A stretch of 64,000 nucleotides of DNA from an uncultured Gammaproteobacteria bacterium (GTDB taxonomy: Bacteria > Patescibacteriota > Patescibacteriia > Patescibacteriales > UBA12465), in contig CAZFBV010000002.1 in the NCBI GenBank assembly GCA_964517325.1, positions 5,728-69,727 of the forward strand, in the 5' to 3' direction. The position numbers and the translations under genes were made by a program. Every line of letters starts with the position of its first letter. The stretch's first letter is position 1. The notes under the pieces are model-generated. The model was not told the DNA's origin and did not search any database. It saw nothing but the letters and a program-made list of their open reading frames with translations. This document shows positions 44,482-53,783 of this stretch, one piece after another.

Positions 44482-46069
44482 GCTTATCCGAATAGAAGAA
44501 GTAACCCTAGGAATAGATGATGATGAGAGAATCTTGAAATCCAAGATCTCTCAGATTTTAGATTTGCCGGAAACCGAGATTCTCGACTATGCCATCGCCA
44601 AGAAAAACATCGATTCTCGCCAGAAGAATATTCTTTTCGTCTATTCCTTGGATGTCGAGGTGAGAGATGCGACAGCCGTCAAGAAATGGGATATCCGCCA
44701 TCGGACTAGGCTGTATGAGCCCTTTGTTTATCAAGAAAAAATAATAGGAAAGAAAATAAATAAGAATATCGTCATTGTCGGCAGCGGGCCCTGCGGCTTA
44801 TTCGCCGCTTTATTATTGGCTAAAGCCGGGCTTAAGCCGCTCATCATAGAAAGAGGGAAAGATGTCGATTCCCGCGTGAAGGATGTCGATGATTTTTTTA
44901 AGAATAGGAATTTCAATCCTAGATCGAATATCCAGTTCGGCGAGGGCGGTGCGGGAACTTTTTCAGACGGTAAATTATATACGCTCATCAATGATCCGCG
45001 CTCTAAATATGTCTTTACCGAATTGATCAGGGCCGGCGCGCCTCAAGAGATCGCGACGAGCGCGACGCCGCATATCGGTACGGACAAGCTGCGCGGCGTC
45101 ATTAAGAATATCAGGGAAGAGATAATCAGATTAGGAGGAACAATAAGATTCGAGACTTGTCTGACTGGATTGGAAATCAAAGATAATAAGATAAGTGCGG
45201 CGATTATTAATAATCATGAAAAGATACTGGCCGATGATTTGGTTCTGGCTACCGGCCACTCGGCCCGCGATACTTATCAGATGCTTTATGAGCAGGGATT
45301 AAAGATGAGCGCTAAAGCTTTTTCTATCGGATTGCGCATAGAGCATCGAGCCGAGATGATTAATCGAGCCCAATATGGCGCTTCTTATCAACATCCTAAG
45401 TTAGGAGCGGCCAGATATAAGCTGGTCCAACATCTACCCGATAAGCGGCCGGTTTACAGCTTCTGCATGTGTCCGGGCGGATATGTCATGGGTGCGGCTT
45501 CCGAAGAGGGCGGCGTAGTGACCAATGGCATGAGCGAATATGCTCAAGATGGCGTTAATTCCAATAGCGCCTTATTGGTTCCGGTTACGCCTGAAGATTT
45601 CGGCTCAGACCATCCGTTAGCCGGCATAGGATTCCAGCGCCGCTGGGAAAGAGCCGCCTATCTAGCTGGTGGCAGTAATTATTACGCTCCTGTCCAGCTG
45701 GTCGGAGATTTTTTAAGAGGTCGCGTTTCGAGTGAAATAAAAAGCGTTAAGCCGAGCTATCGGCCGGGAATAAATTTCGCTCCTCTAGCTTCCTGCCTGC
45801 CGAATTACGTCATTGCCAGCCTGCAAGAAGCTATTCCGCTTCTAGATAAGAAGATCAAAGGGTTTGCTCATCCCGATGCTGTACTTACCGGAGTTGAAAC
45901 TAGAAGCTCGGCGCCGGTTCGAATCGAGCGCGACGAAAAATACCAATCCAATATTTCCGGAATCTATCCGGCCGGAGAAGGCGCCGGACATGCCGGAGGC
46001 ATAGTCTCTTCGGCTATCGATGGCCTGATTATAGCGGAAGCTATTATCCAGAAATATATTAGTTTATAA
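44462..46069 (+). CDS. FAD-dependent oxidoreductase-like protein (COG2509 type)
   Basis: Dinucleotide fold IVIVGSGPCGLFAAL and C-terminal YPAGEGAGHAGGIVSSAIDG. Confidence 0.7.
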   Translation: MNSNGNKLIRIEEVTLGIDDDERILKSKISQILDLPETEILDYAIAKKNIDSRQKNILFVYSLDVEVRDATAVKKWDIRHRTRLYEPFVYQEKIIGKKINKNIVIVGSGPCGLFAALLLAKAGLKPLIIERGKDVDSRVKDVDDFFKNRNFNPRSNIQFGEGGAGTFSDGKLYTLINDPRSKYVFTELIRAGAPQEIATSATPHIGTDKLRGVIKNIREEIIRLGGTIRFETCLTGLEIKDNKISAAIINNHEKILADDLVLATGHSARDTYQMLYEQGLKMSAKAFSIGLRIEHRAEMINRAQYGASYQHPKLGAARYKLVQHLPDKRPVYSFCMCPGGYVMGAASEEGGVVTNGMSEYAQDGVNSNSALLVPVTPEDFGSDHPLAGIGFQRRWERAAYLAGGSNYYAPVQLVGDFLRGRVSSEIKSVKPSYRPGINFAPLASCLPNYVIASLQEAIPLLDKKIKGFAHPDAVLTGVETRSSAPVRIERDEKYQSNISGIYPAGEGAGHAGGIVSSAIDGLIIAEAIIQKYISL

Positions 46070-46087
46070 ATTATTTTTTATACTAAA

Positions 46088-46957
46088 ATGAGTCAAAAGA
46101 AATTATTGATCGGTTTTATCGGTCAGGGTTTTATCGGCAAAAATATGGCCGATGATTTTGCCGCCCGCGGATACAAGATCGTCCGTTATGACAATGAAGA
46201 TTATGCCGCCAATAAAGATTTGATCAAGGCCTGTGATTTTGTCTTTATCGCCGTGCCGACGCCAAGCACGCCGCAAGGCTTTGATGACAGTATTCTGCAG
46301 GAGGTGATGAAGCTGGTCGGCGATGGTAAAACCGCGATCATCAAATCGACCATCAAGGTCGGCACGACGGAAAAATTCCAGAAAAAATATCCGAAAAAGT
46401 ATATCCTGCATTCGCCGGAATTCTTAACCGAGAAGAATGCTGTTCAGGATACGAAATTTCCGCCGCGCAACATCATCGGTTATACAGCTAAATCTAAAGT
46501 GAAAGCCGCGCCGGTCATGAAACTTTTGCCGGCATCCCCTCATAATTTCCTGATCGGCAGCCGGGAAGCGGAATTAATCAAATACATGGGCAATAACTTC
46601 CTTTTCTTAAAGGTCGTCTTTTCCAATATCGTCTATAATCTGGCGCGCCGCAAAGGAGTAGATTATGACGTCGTCGCCGATATCGTCGGCTATGATGCTC
46701 GTATTGGACACAGCCATCTCGCTATCTCTCATCAGAGCGGACTGCACGCCAAAAAAGGCCGAGGCGCCGGCGGCCATTGTTTTATCAAAGATATGTCGGC
46801 TTTCGTCGAAATGTTCCAAGAAGAAAAGCTCAAAAGCAAGGAAGATCGAATCGCCTTGGGTTTCTTGCGCCAAGCCGTCAAACTGAATAATCAACTGCTT
46901 CTGGATACCAAGAAGGATCTAGATTTATTAAGAAAAGTTTATCGGATAAAAGGATAG
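46088..46957 (+). CDS. Short UDP-glucose/GDP-mannose dehydrogenase-family protein (NAD-binding and central domains only)
   Basis: Rossmann motif IGFIGQGFIGKNMA, plus PEFLTE and the catalytic-Cys context GGHCFIKD. It is 289 aa and followed by a terminator. Confidence 0.55.
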   Translation: MSQKKLLIGFIGQGFIGKNMADDFAARGYKIVRYDNEDYAANKDLIKACDFVFIAVPTPSTPQGFDDSILQEVMKLVGDGKTAIIKSTIKVGTTEKFQKKYPKKYILHSPEFLTEKNAVQDTKFPPRNIIGYTAKSKVKAAPVMKLLPASPHNFLIGSREAELIKYMGNNFLFLKVVFSNIVYNLARRKGVDYDVVADIVGYDARIGHSHLAISHQSGLHAKKGRGAGGHCFIKDMSAFVEMFQEEKLKSKEDRIALGFLRQAVKLNNQLLLDTKKDLDLLRKVYRIKG

Positions 46958-46978
46958 GAAATTTGTATATAAAAAAAG

Positions 46979-47010
46979 AAACCCAGTAGTGTTTTACTGG
47001 GTTTTGTTTT
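46979..47010. terminator. Bidirectional terminator
   Basis: AAACCCAGTA-gtgttt-TACTGGGTTT with flanking A and T runs. Lies between convergent genes. Confidence 0.65.
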
Positions 47011-47041
47011 GTTGAGAAGTTATCTTAGGATATCTTCGCAA

Positions 47042-47302
47042 CTACAACGGATGTTGATGATTCGTAGTTTTAATTCTGATGCCTACTCGCGGTTTCAGGC
47101 TTGCTCTAAAACATTTCTTTTTAGGTCCTTTATAATTTCCGGCATAATGGAAACTATTAGTATAAGGATCGTCGTAAACCAATGAATAGCAAGAGCGGGT
47201 ACGCTTGCCATATTCAGATGAAACCGGCTTATGCGCCTGAGCAATGGCAGGCACTAAAGTTAGCAAAGAACAGAACACGGATAACACGATAAGTTTTTTC
47301 AT
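47042..47302 (-). CDS. Small secreted basic protein (orphan)
   Basis: Internal start MKKLIVLSVFCSLLTLVPAIAQA is a classic signal peptide. The mature part is about 63 aa with 2 Cys. Confidence 0.5.
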   Translation of the reverse strand: MKKLIVLSVFCSLLTLVPAIAQAHKPVSSEYGKRTRSCYSLVYDDPYTNSFHYAGNYKGPKKKCFRASLKPRVGIRIKTTNHQHPL

Positions 47303-47419
47303 GGCGTCGTAAAATTGGTATGAGTTAATATTAACATATAAATTTATAAATGTCAAATATAGAGCAAACATTAAGATTATTTTTGACTTTTTAACGGCTA
47401 TAGACTAATCTATATAAAT

Positions 47420-49345
47420 ATGGCCAGCAATAATATACTTAAAAATAAGGTAAATTTACCACTTCTTATCGGCGCTCTCGGCGTCGTTTTCGGCGATATC
47501 GGCACCTCGCCGCTCTATGCCCTGAAGGAAACATTTTTTGGACTTCATCCTTTAGAACGCAGCTCCGAAAATGTTCTCGGCGTCTTATCTTTGGTTTTCT
47601 GGACGCTGATGATTGTCGTTACTATCAAATATATCTTACTTATCATGCGCGCCGATAATAAAGGCGAGGGCGGAATTTTCGCTTTATTGGCCTTGTTGCG
47701 CCAAGGGAAAGTCAAGCGCATATTCGGATTAAGCGTAACTGCCGTGGTCCTGATGGGGGCGACTCTGCTTTATGGCGACGGCGTCATCACTCCGGCTATT
47801 TCCGTCTTATCAGCCGTTGAAGGATTTGCGATCTTATCATCTAAATTAACTTTATTCGTAGTGCCTCTGACTGTTCTTATCTTAGTCGGCCTGTTCTATA
47901 TCCAAAAGAAGGGAACTGGGCAAGTCGGCCGTTTCTTCGGTCCGATCATGATCCTCTGGTTCATAGTGCTTATGGTCTTAGGTTTGCCGGCTATCATCAA
48001 ATATCCTCAAGTTCTGGCCGCTATCAATCCGTTCGCGGCCTATCGTTTTGTCTGTGCTCATGCCTGGTCGACTTTCTTCGTTCTCAGTTCCGTCGCCCTC
48101 TGTATCACTGGCTGCGAAGCTCTATATGCTGATATGGGGCATTTTAATCGCCGCGTCATCACTTGGTCTTGGTCGAGCTTGGTCTATCCGGCTCTTGTCA
48201 TCAATTATTTCGGCCAAGGCGCTTTATTATTATCCGGCCGCGAGATTGTCGGTAATAATACGTTCTACGCGCTCGCGCCGCAATGGGCCTTTCTCGGCGT
48301 CGTAATCCTGGCGACCGCGGCCACGATCATCGCCAGCCAAGCGCTGATCGCCGGTGTCTATTCGCTGACCAGCCAGGCTGTCGCTTTAGGCTTATTCCCG
48401 AAAATAAAGATCGTCCATACTAATCCGGCGATCGAGGGGCAGATTTATATCCCCTTCATCAATAATGCCTTAGCTGTCAGCTGTATAGCTCTTGTCCTGG
48501 CCTTCCGCTCTTCCGGCGGTTTGGCGGCGGCTTACGGCATTGCGGTCACCGGTACGATGATTATCACGACTTTAGTTTTCTATTCTTTGATCCGTTATCT
48601 TTGGAAATGGCCTTTATGGGTGGTCGCTCCGCTGATATCCTTCTTGCTGGTTATAGATTTATCTTTTTTTTCCGGCACTATCCTAAAATTCTGGCAAGGC
48701 GGTTTCGTGCCGATAATAATCGCCGCTATCTTATTTATCGTCATGTCTACTTGGGATTGGGGCCGAGCCCTTTCACGAGCCGCGCATCTTGGCCTGCCCG
48801 GGCTGGCTGTCAAGAAATTTGTGGAATTGCAGGCGGAGTATAAAGATAACTTGTTAAATCGTTCAGTCGTGGTCATGTCTTCACGTCCGATAGCCAACCT
48901 TTCCGACAGCATCCCGGTGGCCATGGATTCTTTTTTGGCTAAATGGGGATTATGCATCCCGAAGCATATCATCTTCATGAATGTCGCCTTTCTTAATATC
49001 CCGCGGGTAGACAGAGAAAACCGTTACCAGATTATCAATTTTCAGCCGAATGCTGAAATCGGCAGTATTGTTTCGATCCAAGCTTCTTACGGCTATATGC
49101 AGAATCCCGATATTCGGCGCGTCTTAGCCGACCTCAAAGAACGGAAGAAGATCAAGATTCCTAGCGATCCTCAGAAATGGCTGATCCTGTTCGCTATGGA
49201 TCGCTTCGTTTCCAGGCCGCATCAGATATGGCGCAGGATCCGCATCATCATGTACGATGCCATGCTGCGCTATGTGAAGCCGATTTATAGCTATTATGGC
49301 CTAGGTTCAGATAATAAGGTCGATATTGAGATTATCAATATTTAA
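47420..49345 (+). CDS. kup: KUP/HAK/KT potassium uptake transporter
   Basis: GDIGTSPLYAL and GEGGIFAL motifs. 641 aa. Confidence 0.9.
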   Translation: MASNNILKNKVNLPLLIGALGVVFGDIGTSPLYALKETFFGLHPLERSSENVLGVLSLVFWTLMIVVTIKYILLIMRADNKGEGGIFALLALLRQGKVKRIFGLSVTAVVLMGATLLYGDGVITPAISVLSAVEGFAILSSKLTLFVVPLTVLILVGLFYIQKKGTGQVGRFFGPIMILWFIVLMVLGLPAIIKYPQVLAAINPFAAYRFVCAHAWSTFFVLSSVALCITGCEALYADMGHFNRRVITWSWSSLVYPALVINYFGQGALLLSGREIVGNNTFYALAPQWAFLGVVILATAATIIASQALIAGVYSLTSQAVALGLFPKIKIVHTNPAIEGQIYIPFINNALAVSCIALVLAFRSSGGLAAAYGIAVTGTMIITTLVFYSLIRYLWKWPLWVVAPLISFLLVIDLSFFSGTILKFWQGGFVPIIIAAILFIVMSTWDWGRALSRAAHLGLPGLAVKKFVELQAEYKDNLLNRSVVVMSSRPIANLSDSIPVAMDSFLAKWGLCIPKHIIFMNVAFLNIPRVDRENRYQIINFQPNAEIGSIVSIQASYGYMQNPDIRRVLADLKERKKIKIPSDPQKWLILFAMDRFVSRPHQIWRRIRIIMYDAMLRYVKPIYSYYGLGSDNKVDIEIINI

Positions 49346-49346
49346 C

Positions 49347-49375
49347 TTGACTTATTTATTTTTACGTGGTATTTT
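49347..49375 (+). promoter_or_regulatory. Putative csp promoter, giving a 5' UTR of about 85 nt
   Basis: TTGACT-N17-TATTTT starts right after the kup stop. Confidence 0.45.
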
Positions 49376-49466
49376 GTTTAAGCAACAATATCGCGTCTCA
49401 AAAAAGTAGTCGATTTTTAAACTCTTTATTAAATTGCAATCTTACAAACTAAGTCTAAAAATTTTT

Positions 49467-49664
49467 ATGACTGGTACCATCAAAACTTTAACCGAAAAAG
49501 GTTTCGGTTTCATCAAGGTAGAAGGTCAGGAAAAAGATTTATTCTTTCACAGCAACTCATTGGTTGGCGTCCAATACAATGAATTGCGCGAGGGCGATAC
49601 TGTTTCTTTCGAAACAGAAAACTCTCCGAAAGGAATGAACGCGGTTAATGTTAAACGCGCTTAA
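49467..49664 (+). CDS. csp: Cold-shock protein (CspA family)
   Basis: RNP1 motif KGFGFI and RNP2-like LFFHS. It is 65 aa from the internal ATG. Confidence 0.9.
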   Translation: MTGTIKTLTEKGFGFIKVEGQEKDLFFHSNSLVGVQYNELREGDTVSFETENSPKGMNAVNVKRA

Positions 49665-49683
49665 TATCTCTCTTGAAATCACC

Positions 49684-49714
49684 ATCCCGCCCAATTATGT
49701 TGGGCGGGATTTTG
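49684..49714 (+). terminator. Intrinsic terminator after csp
   Basis: ATCCCGCCC-aattatgtt-GGGCGGGAT-TTT. Confidence 0.7.
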
Positions 49715-49736
49715 ATTGGCAGAGCTGATAAATATT

Positions 49737-51146
49737 ATGACAAATCCAAAATTCGCCGATCTAGGTATCAGCGATTCAATCTTACAAATCCTCAAGAAGC
49801 TGAATCTAGACATTCCGACGCCTATTCAGCGCAAAACTATCCCGATTGCTATTACCGGACAAGACTTGATCGGTATCGCGCAGACTGGAACGGGAAAGAC
49901 TTATGCTTTCGGCATTCCGATGCTGCAGCGCTTAGGTATTAATAAGGGGCAGGGACTCATCATCGCCCCGACTCGCGAGTTAGCCTTGCAGATAGAAGAA
50001 AGTTTGAAAAAGCTAGGCCAAGCTCTCGGTTTAAGAACCGCTATACTTATCGGCGGCGAAGCGCTCGATCGCCAGCTTTTTCAATTGCGCAAGAAGCCGC
50101 ATATCATCGTCGCGACTCCGGGAAGATTGATAGATCATCTTAAACGCCATACTTTCAAGCTTGATCAAATCAAGATTTTAGTTCTTGATGAAGCGGATAT
50201 GATGCTGGATCTAGGTTTTGCGCCGCAAATCCAAGAGATACTGAAGCAGACTCCTAAAGAACGCCAGACCATGATCTTTTCCGCTACTATGCCTGCGACT
50301 ATCGTAAAGATAGCGGCTACTTACATGAAATTGCCGGTCAGCATTGAGGTCGCACCGCAAGGAACGACCGCCTCTCAGGTTGATCAGGAAATCTTCATTA
50401 TTAACGGTGAAGAGCGTCTCGAGCATCTCTTGAAGATCTTGGAGCAGTATACTGGTTCAGTCTTAGTATTCTTAAGGACTAAGCATAGCGTCAAAGCTTT
50501 GACCGCTAAATTGCGGTCATTAGGCCATAAAGCTATAGAAATCCACTCAAATTTATCTTTAAATCGCCGTCGCGCCGCTTTGCAGGATTTCAAATCCAAA
50601 AAAGAACGCATCTTAGTGGCCACCGATGTCGCCGCGCGCGGTTTGGATGTAAGCGGCATCGAATTAGTGGTCAACTATAATCTGCCGGATAATTCCGAGG
50701 ATTACGTCCATCGTATCGGCCGCACTGGCCGGGCCGGCCAAACCGGCAAAGCGATCACTTTCGCGACGCCGCATGAGCAGAGAGAGATCCGCGATATCGA
50801 GAAATTGATCAACAAGAGCATCAAGCGAACCGAATTTGTCAAGTTTAATAAGGAATTTTCCTCTTTAATTTCCGGGGCAACAAGCGCTAATAAACAAAAA
50901 AGGCGGTCGTTTAGAGGAGACTCTCGAAGAATAGAAGAGGGGTTCCGCCGCTCGGAACATCGGTCTTCTCGTCCGATGAGCAGCCACAGGCAGACATCTT
51001 CTCGCGCGGCTGATACGACGCGGTTCACGCCGTTCTTCATTACCGACGCATCGCCTAAAACCTTTAAGCGCATTTCAGACAGACACGGCGTTAATCAATC
51101 ATCTCCGCATCGATTTTCTAAACGCAATCGTCCTGCCTCCAGATAA
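49737..51146 (+). CDS. DEAD-box ATP-dependent RNA helicase with an Arg/Ser-rich C-terminal tail
   Basis: Q motif, AQTGTGKT, DEAD (VLDEADMM), SAT and HRIGRTGRAG. ATG 49737 is preferred over TTG 49716. Confidence 0.9.
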   Translation: MTNPKFADLGISDSILQILKKLNLDIPTPIQRKTIPIAITGQDLIGIAQTGTGKTYAFGIPMLQRLGINKGQGLIIAPTRELALQIEESLKKLGQALGLRTAILIGGEALDRQLFQLRKKPHIIVATPGRLIDHLKRHTFKLDQIKILVLDEADMMLDLGFAPQIQEILKQTPKERQTMIFSATMPATIVKIAATYMKLPVSIEVAPQGTTASQVDQEIFIINGEERLEHLLKILEQYTGSVLVFLRTKHSVKALTAKLRSLGHKAIEIHSNLSLNRRRAALQDFKSKKERILVATDVAARGLDVSGIELVVNYNLPDNSEDYVHRIGRTGRAGQTGKAITFATPHEQREIRDIEKLINKSIKRTEFVKFNKEFSSLISGATSANKQKRRSFRGDSRRIEEGFRRSEHRSSRPMSSHRQTSSRAADTTRFTPFFITDASPKTFKRISDRHGVNQSSPHRFSKRNRPASR

Positions 51147-51170
51147 ATTTCAAAAGAATAAAAACACCTG

Positions 51171-51199
51171 AAAGCCCGACTTGTCCGTTGGGCTTTTTA
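51171..51199 (+). terminator. Intrinsic terminator after the helicase
   Basis: AAAGCCCGAC-ttgtcc-GTTGGGCTTT-TT. Confidence 0.6.
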
Positions 51200-51269
51200 T
51201 TTGTTTTTTAAGGGTAATTCTGATAAAATTAAGATAATTAATTAAGCTATATTACTTAATCATTATTTT

Positions 51270-53024
51270 ATGCGTATCCGCAGTTTTTTTACGAAAAAAA
51301 AGATCATCTGGACCATTATAATCTTGTCTATTGCCGGAGGAATCGCCTATTGGCAGCTTAAACCTAAAAATAATGCCGCTAACACCCAGACAGCCATTGC
51401 CAGGCAGCAGGATCTAGAACAGACTGTACTGACGACCGGCCAAGTAGCCAGCGAAACCAATCTAAACCTGAGCTTCCAAGCCGGCGGCGTCGTGGAACAG
51501 ATCCCGGTCACGACCGGAAGCCAGGTCAAGGCCGGCGATGTCTTGGCGTCCTTAGACCGTTCCAACGCCATGGCTTCCTTAACTAGCGCGAACGGCCAGC
51601 TAGCTCAAGCTAATGCTAATTATCGCAAAGTATTAGCGGGAGCGACCCCGGAGCAATTGAATGTTTCGCAAAGAGCGGTTGATTCGGCACTGGTCGCTTA
51701 TGAGAACGCTCTCAGCCAGCTGACTACCGTCAAGAATTCCACGGCCACAGCGATAAGCCAAGCCCAAGCGACTCTTGATGATTTGCAATCGCCGACAACG
51801 ATGAGCGACAATAAACGTTCAGCTATCGTGATCACTATCGCCAACCAATTGGCCGCCGTCAAATCCGATCTGGACAAAGAAAAGCAGATCATCGATGACA
51901 ATAACTTGAAAGATGTCTTCGGTGCCGCCGATTCTTTAAGCGTCCCAAATTTCAAGAACGCTAACAGCCAAGTCCAGCCGCTATTAGACAAGGCTAACAT
52001 CAGCCTAGCCTCCGCCCAGGCTTATAAGAGTGATGATAATATATATCAAGCCGTAATTGACGCTCTCGCAGCCTTAAACCAAAACATCAACGCTCTTAAT
52101 TATTGCTATATTGCTTTACAGAACTCCGTCGTCGGTTCCCAATTCAGCCAGACGCAGATGGATTCATATAAAGCTACTATCAGTGCGGCGATTTCTAATG
52201 AAAATTCCGGCATCACTCTGATTAAATCGTCACGCCAAGCTTTGACCGACGCCTTGACGGCCGCTGCTAATGCTTTAGCTAATAGTAAACTATCGGCTAC
52301 TTCGCAGATAAATTCCGCCCAAAATTCTATCAATAGCGCCAAGGCAGCCCTGCAACAGAGCCAAGCGGCTTTAACTCAACTGAAAGCCAAAGCGCAACCG
52401 GCTGATATTGAAGCGGCGCAAGCGCAGATATTATCCGCCCAAGGAGCCGTGGAAGCAGCTCAAACCGCCTTGGATAATACTGTGATTAAGGCGCCGGTAG
52501 ACGGTACAATCACTCTGATAGACACTAAGGTCGGACAGCAGGCCACAGCCATGAAGCCGATTATCACGCTGCAGAATATCAATACTTTGCATACCGAGGC
52601 CTATGTCAGCGAATCTAACGTCGCCTCTCTAAAAATCGGCCAATCAGTAGATTATACCTTCGATGCCCTAGGACCGGACCGCCATTTCAGCGGGAATATC
52701 CTGACCATCGATCCGGCTTCAACCGTTATTTCCGGCGTAGTTAATTATCTGGTTAAAGCTAGCCTGCCCAATATCCCTGAAGTCAAGCCGGGCATGACGG
52801 TCAATATGACTATTCTGATAGCCACCCGCCAGAACGCTTTAGCAGTCACCAGCAGCGCGGTTATCAATAAGGATGGAGAACAATATGTCAGAGTCATAGA
52901 TAACCCCGATACTAAAACCTACCATCAAGTCAAAGTCACGACTGGTTTGCAGGCTGACGGCGGACTAGTGGAAATTCTTTCCGGCCTGACCAACGGCCAG
53001 GAAATAGTTACTTTGGTAAAATAA
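51270..53024 (+). CDS. HlyD/MacA-family membrane-fusion (periplasmic adaptor) protein with a greatly expanded helical insert
   Basis: N-terminal TM. The split lipoyl halves (VKAGDVLASLD at about residue 90 and VIKAPVDGTITLID at about residue 405) are separated by about 308 residues. C-terminal beta-barrel/MP domain. Confidence 0.8.
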   Translation: MRIRSFFTKKKIIWTIIILSIAGGIAYWQLKPKNNAANTQTAIARQQDLEQTVLTTGQVASETNLNLSFQAGGVVEQIPVTTGSQVKAGDVLASLDRSNAMASLTSANGQLAQANANYRKVLAGATPEQLNVSQRAVDSALVAYENALSQLTTVKNSTATAISQAQATLDDLQSPTTMSDNKRSAIVITIANQLAAVKSDLDKEKQIIDDNNLKDVFGAADSLSVPNFKNANSQVQPLLDKANISLASAQAYKSDDNIYQAVIDALAALNQNINALNYCYIALQNSVVGSQFSQTQMDSYKATISAAISNENSGITLIKSSRQALTDALTAAANALANSKLSATSQINSAQNSINSAKAALQQSQAALTQLKAKAQPADIEAAQAQILSAQGAVEAAQTALDNTVIKAPVDGTITLIDTKVGQQATAMKPIITLQNINTLHTEAYVSESNVASLKIGQSVDYTFDALGPDRHFSGNILTIDPASTVISGVVNYLVKASLPNIPEVKPGMTVNMTILIATRQNALAVTSSAVINKDGEQYVRVIDNPDTKTYHQVKVTTGLQADGGLVEILSGLTNGQEIVTLVK

Positions 53025-53048
53025 TAATCCACTCGCTTGAATAAGCCT

Positions 53049-53765
53049 ATGAACTTGATCAATATCAATAATCTCAAAAAAGAATACGTTACTGGCGATG
53101 TCGTGACGCCAGTGTTGAACGGGCTGAGTTTTAAGATCGACCAAGGGGAATTCGTCGCTATCATGGGTCCCTCCGGCAGCGGCAAATCAACCTTGATGCA
53201 TATTCTCAGCTTCTTGGATCGAGCCAGTTCCGGAGTTTATGAATTCAAGGGGAAAGATATCACTGACTTCGATGATAATTATTTAGCCGGTTTAAGGAAT
53301 AAAGAAATCGGTTTCGTTTTCCAATCTTTCAATCTCTTGCCGCGCACGACCGTGCTTGATAACGTCAAATTACCTTTGATCTACAGCAAGAAAAAAGACC
53401 ATGATGCGCTCGCTAAGAAATCCTTGGAGGCGGTCGGGCTATCCCATCGCCTGAATTATTATACCAACCAGATTTCCGGCGGTGAAAAACAGCGCGTCGC
53501 TATTGCCAGAGCGCTCGTCTGCGATCCGGCGGTAATCTTCGCCGATGAGCCGACCGGCAATCTGGATTCTAAATCCGGCAACACCGTCATGTTCATCTTG
53601 CAGCAATTGAATGAACAAGGGCGGACGATCATCTTAGTGACTCATGAAACCGACACGGCCAACCATGCTAAGCGCATTATCCGCATCAAGGACGGAAATA
53701 TCTTATCGGACGAAAAAGTAACTCATCGGACTTTGGCCCAGGTAGATAGAGATTTGATTAAATAA
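53049..53765 (+). CDS. MacB/LolD-type ABC transporter ATP-binding protein
   Basis: Walker [11 protein letters not shown]-loop, signature [15 protein letters not shown], and Walker [12 protein letters not shown]. Confidence 0.9.
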   Translation: MNLININNLKKEYVTGDVVTPVLNGLSFKIDQGEFVAIMGPSGSGKSTLMHILSFLDRASSGVYEFKGKDITDFDDNYLAGLRNKEIGFVFQSFNLLPRTTVLDNVKLPLIYSKKKDHDALAKKSLEAVGLSHRLNYYTNQISGGEKQRVAIARALVCDPAVIFADEPTGNLDSKSGNTVMFILQQLNEQGRTIILVTHETDTANHAKRIIRIKDGNILSDEKVTHRTLAQVDRDLIK

Positions 53766-53783
53766 TCGCCGCTAAATAAAAGT

